A stretch of DNA of 64,000 nucleotides, taken from NCBI GenBank assembly GCA_965277285.1, contig OZ255721.1, positions 2,944,001 through 3,008,000 of the forward strand, in the 5' to 3' direction. This DNA is from Abditibacteriaceae bacterium (GTDB lineage: Bacteria; Armatimonadota; Abditibacteriia; Abditibacteriales; Abditibacteriaceae). The position numbers and the translations under genes are program-made. Under the pieces are notes generated by a model that saw nothing but the letters and a program-made list of their open reading frames with translations, was not told where the DNA came from and searched no databases. Each line of letters begins with the position of its first letter. Position 1 is the first letter of the stretch. This document shows positions 61,237 to 64,000 of the stretch, piece after piece.

Positions 61237-61428
61237 ATGAACATTTTTCAAGCCGATGAAACGATGCGCCGTCCCGTGCCCGCCGAACCGACGACCAAGC
61301 CGGGCGGCGATGACGGCGGCCCCAGCGCGCCCAAAGTCAAGCGTCCCGATTCGCGCCAACTGCTCGACCGCATGAAGCGCGTCGACCCCGAACAGGCCAA
61401 GCGCTATCGTCAGCGCAGTGGCGAGTAA
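61237..61428 (+). CDS. ubact: Prokaryotic ubiquitin-like protein UBact (Pup analogue)
   Basis: 63 aa, disordered; ends LLDRMKRVDPEQAKRYRQRSGE (R[ST]G[EQ]); AAGGAG RBS; lies between dop and a proteasome subunit. Confidence 0.9.
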   Translation: MNIFQADETMRRPVPAEPTTKPGGDDGGPSAPKVKRPDSRQLLDRMKRVDPEQAKRYRQRSGE

Positions 61429-61497
61429 TTTTCACCGCGAAGGATCCGCCCAAAGGGCACCCGAGAGTACGAAGGGAAAAGAGTTGTCGTAGAAGTG

Positions 61498-61679
61498 TGT
61501 CATTCTAAAAGGGTGTATAGGAAAGCGAAAAAGTTACAGAAAACGCTTAAAAACAGCAGTTTGTCATTCTGAGCGCAGCGAAGAATCTAACTGAACATAG
61601 ATTCTTCGCTGCGCTCAGAATGACAAACTCCTATTTTTAAGGCACTTACGGACTTTCTCTACACTCTCTCAGAATGACA
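61498..61679. repeat. Nested ~180-bp imperfect inverted repeat containing a family B hairpin (61558-61629)
   Basis: Outer arms TGTCATTCT-AAAAGGGTGTATAGGAAAG and CTTTCTCTACACTCTCTC-AGAATGACA; inner arms are a perfect 32 bp. Confidence 0.8.
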
Positions 61680-61750
61680 TGTTCTCAAGTTTCGAGTACT
61701 CGATTTGATTTCTTCGCGCGTTTTGCGTCCTTCGCGGTTCAATTCAAAAT

Positions 61751-62590
61751 ATGACATTTCAACCTAACTTTGCCGGAGATTTTTCCAAGATTGTGACGTT
61801 GCAGAACCTTGATTTGCCGCGCGCCGAAGCGCCTTCGGGTGGCGTGTCGAACGTCATTGATACGCATGGCACAACGGTTATCGCTGTGAAATACCGCGAC
61901 GGCGTTTTGAACGTGGCCGACCGCCGCGCGACGGCTGGCATGGGCGTGATGTATGATCGCGCGGAAAAGATTCTGGCGCTCGACGATCACACTTTGATTG
62001 CGATTTCTGGCAGTTTCGCCAAAGCGATTGAAATCGGGCGGTTTTTGCGCCATTCGTTCAAATACTATTCGCGTTCGCAATTGCAGCCGATGAGTTTGGA
62101 AGGCAAATTGGCCGAAATGACGCGCGCGATCTCCAATAACTTGCCGCTGGCAATGCAGGGGATCGGCGCTTTTATTCCGGTTTTGTCGGCCTATGACTTG
62201 GACGCCGATGAAGGTCGCATTTTCTTTTACGACGGTATGGGCGCGCGTTTTGAGAGTTCGGAATTTGGCGCGGCGGGCAGCGGAAGTTCGGCGATTCGCG
62301 GCAGTTTCGATTATATTGTGCGCACCAAAAAGCCGTTCAGCGAAATGGATTTGCAGGAAGCGTTGCGCGAAACCCTGATTTTGCTGGACATCGCGGCGGA
62401 TCTTGATTCGGCGACCGGCGGTTATTCCAAGATTCTTCCCGCTGCCAAAGCCTTGACGCGCGACGGGATTTTGTCGCTGGATGAAGAGCAGATGCGCGAT
62501 GTTTTGCGGCAAATCGACGAAGGTGGAGTACTCAATACGATGCCGCCGGTGCGGACGCGAAGAATTGACGCTGATTCGGAAAAAGTGTAA
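61751..62590 (+). CDS. prcB: 20S proteasome beta subunit with propeptide
   Basis: HG|TTVIAVKYRDGVLNVADRRATAG...AEKI, LEGK, GSGS and DSATGG motifs. Confidence 0.88.
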   Translation: MTFQPNFAGDFSKIVTLQNLDLPRAEAPSGGVSNVIDTHGTTVIAVKYRDGVLNVADRRATAGMGVMYDRAEKILALDDHTLIAISGSFAKAIEIGRFLRHSFKYYSRSQLQPMSLEGKLAEMTRAISNNLPLAMQGIGAFIPVLSAYDLDADEGRIFFYDGMGARFESSEFGAAGSGSSAIRGSFDYIVRTKKPFSEMDLQEALRETLILLDIAADLDSATGGYSKILPAAKALTRDGILSLDEEQMRDVLRQIDEGGVLNTMPPVRTRRIDADSEKV

Positions 62591-62640
62591 ACGTTAAGCC
62601 GTCGGAACAATTGAGTTCGGGCGTTTTCGTTTTTAACTTT

Positions 62641-64000
62641 ATGAATCTCTTACCTTTGTCTGCTCCGCCGCTCTTAAAGCAGCCTGTCTCAAAGCCGCCT
62701 GCGCCGCCTGTCCTCGATCAATCGTTACCTCAATGGCGCGAGGCACTGCAGCACGATATTGCCAATTTTTATGTGCTGGCACAGCGCGAGTGTGGCGATG
62801 TGTTCGAGTTTCGATTGCTGGGAAAGTTAGAGCTGTTTCATGTTTCTCATCCCGACGATTTGGCAGTTGTTTTCAAAGGCTCGAACGAGAGTTTTCGCAA
62901 AGGTCGCCGCTGGGACAATTTTCGCTTGCTGGTCGGACAGGGCTTAATTACCGTCGAGCCGCAACAATGGCTGCAACAACGTCGGAGTTTACAACCAGCC
63001 TTTTTGCGCCGTTATCACGAACACTTCGCCACCCGTATCGAGCAAAGCGTGCAGGAAACTCTGGTGCGTTTTGGCCCGTTGGCACAAAGCGGCGAAACGA
63101 TTCATGTTACAACCGAAATGGCACGCCTGACACTGCGCAACGCCGGACATACGCTTTTCGGAACTGAACTGGGCGATCTGACCGAACCCATCAGCGAACA
63201 CATGGCGGCTGTGCTGGAATACATCGTCTTTTGGCCCATGTATGCCAAACACAAGCGAACGCTGGGTGTTTACCTGCCGCGAACGAAGCATGGACGCTTT
63301 CGTCGCTCCCTTCGTATATTGGAAGAAGCTGCGCAAACTATTATCCGCCGTCGCCAAGAAATCCGCCGCGAGGAAGCCCGCCGCGAAGACCCTGAAGCGG
63401 AATCGGAAGGTGAAAAGCAGGCGCCCGATTTGTTGGATTTGCTGTTGCAGCAGCTGGAAGAAAGCGAAGTGGGACGGGACGTTTTTCAGCGTGCCTCGCC
63501 GCGATTTTTTGAAAAAAGACGGCGCGCTCGCCTGGTGCGTGATCAGATGATGTCGTTTCTTTTCACGGGTCGTGAGACGACTGCAGCAGTTTTGTCGTGG
63601 GTGTGGTTTCTGCTGGCGCAACACCCGGAAGCCGAGGCGCGCCTGCATCAGGAATTGGATCGAGTACTCGATGGGCGGCCACCGGCGCGCGCTGATCTGG
63701 AACATCTGCCTTTCCTTGGTCAGGTAGTGAATGAAACGCTGCGTCTTTATCCGCCGGTGTGGTCGTTCTTGCGTGAAACGACGCGCCCCGAAATTTTCAG
63801 TGGATACGCGCTACCATCTGGTTCGACGCTTCACATTTGTCCTTATTCGATACATCGTCATCCCGATTTTTGGGACGAGCCGGAAAAGTTTGATCCCGAA
63901 CGTTTTACGCCCGAGCGCGAGGCGGCCCGTCATCCTTTCGCGTATGTTCCCTTTGGTGCCGGGCCTCGCCAGTGCATCGGAAAATATACGGCGTTGCTGG
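62641..64000 (+). CDS. Cytochrome P450 (runs off window end)
   Basis: Absent from the ORF track. Manual translation gives WLQQRRSLQPAF, TGRETTA, ETLRLYPP, FDPERF and PFGAGPRQCIG (heme Cys). Confidence 0.92.
   Translation, partial: MNLLPLSAPPLLKQPVSKPPAPPVLDQSLPQWREALQHDIANFYVLAQRECGDVFEFRLLGKLELFHVSHPDDLAVVFKGSNESFRKGRRWDNFRLLVGQGLITVEPQQWLQQRRSLQPAFLRRYHEHFATRIEQSVQETLVRFGPLAQSGETIHVTTEMARLTLRNAGHTLFGTELGDLTEPISEHMAAVLEYIVFWPMYAKHKRTLGVYLPRTKHGRFRRSLRILEEAAQTIIRRRQEIRREEARREDPEAESEGEKQAPDLLDLLLQQLEESEVGRDVFQRASPRFFEKRRRARLVRDQMMSFLFTGRETTAAVLSWVWFLLAQHPEAEARLHQELDRVLDGRPPARADLEHLPFLGQVVNETLRLYPPVWSFLRETTRPEIFSGYALPSGSTLHICPYSIHRHPDFWDEPEKFDPERFTPEREAARHPFAYVPFGAGPRQCIGKYTALL

Noticed and set aside
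62733..63705. ORF-track entries in the last 1.3 kb
   Set aside because: They are shadows of the P450 that begins at 62641 and has no stop inside the window.

Overview
Bacterial chromosomal window of roughly mid-50s % GC (by eye). A Dop/UBact/proteasome locus and a very large PilX-type gene suggest an Armatimonadota/Abditibacteriota-like organism (inference only). About 45 CDSs were found. They include housekeeping genes (typA, gap, uvrC, mutL, purB, rapZ, yvcK, a UbiD-family gene, moaB/mog) and a ~15 kb metal/metalloid cluster (CDF transporter, arsR-aquaporin-DUF6428, RND-MFP-TolC behind a RAPP-ending leader ORF, ethylene-receptor-like kinase). Also present are a small AT-rich ASCH/HNH island, an Abi remnant, an orphan DNA methyltransferase, and dop-ubact-prcB followed by a P450. 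The dominant unexplained signal is a highly iterated palindrome, WTCGAGTACTCGAW. By hand I count 45 perfect copies of the 12-bp core, all flanked by A/T on both sides, plus about 16 single-mismatch copies. They lie both in intergenic DNA and in frame inside conserved genes (SSTR, [IF]EYS, RVL[DE]), and no two are closer than ~290 bp. This looks like a HIP1-like genome-wide signal that I do not recognise as described. At least three REP/REPIN-like hairpin families are also present. No rRNA, tRNA or CRISPR array was seen. All counts and coordinates were read manually and should be re-verified computationally.
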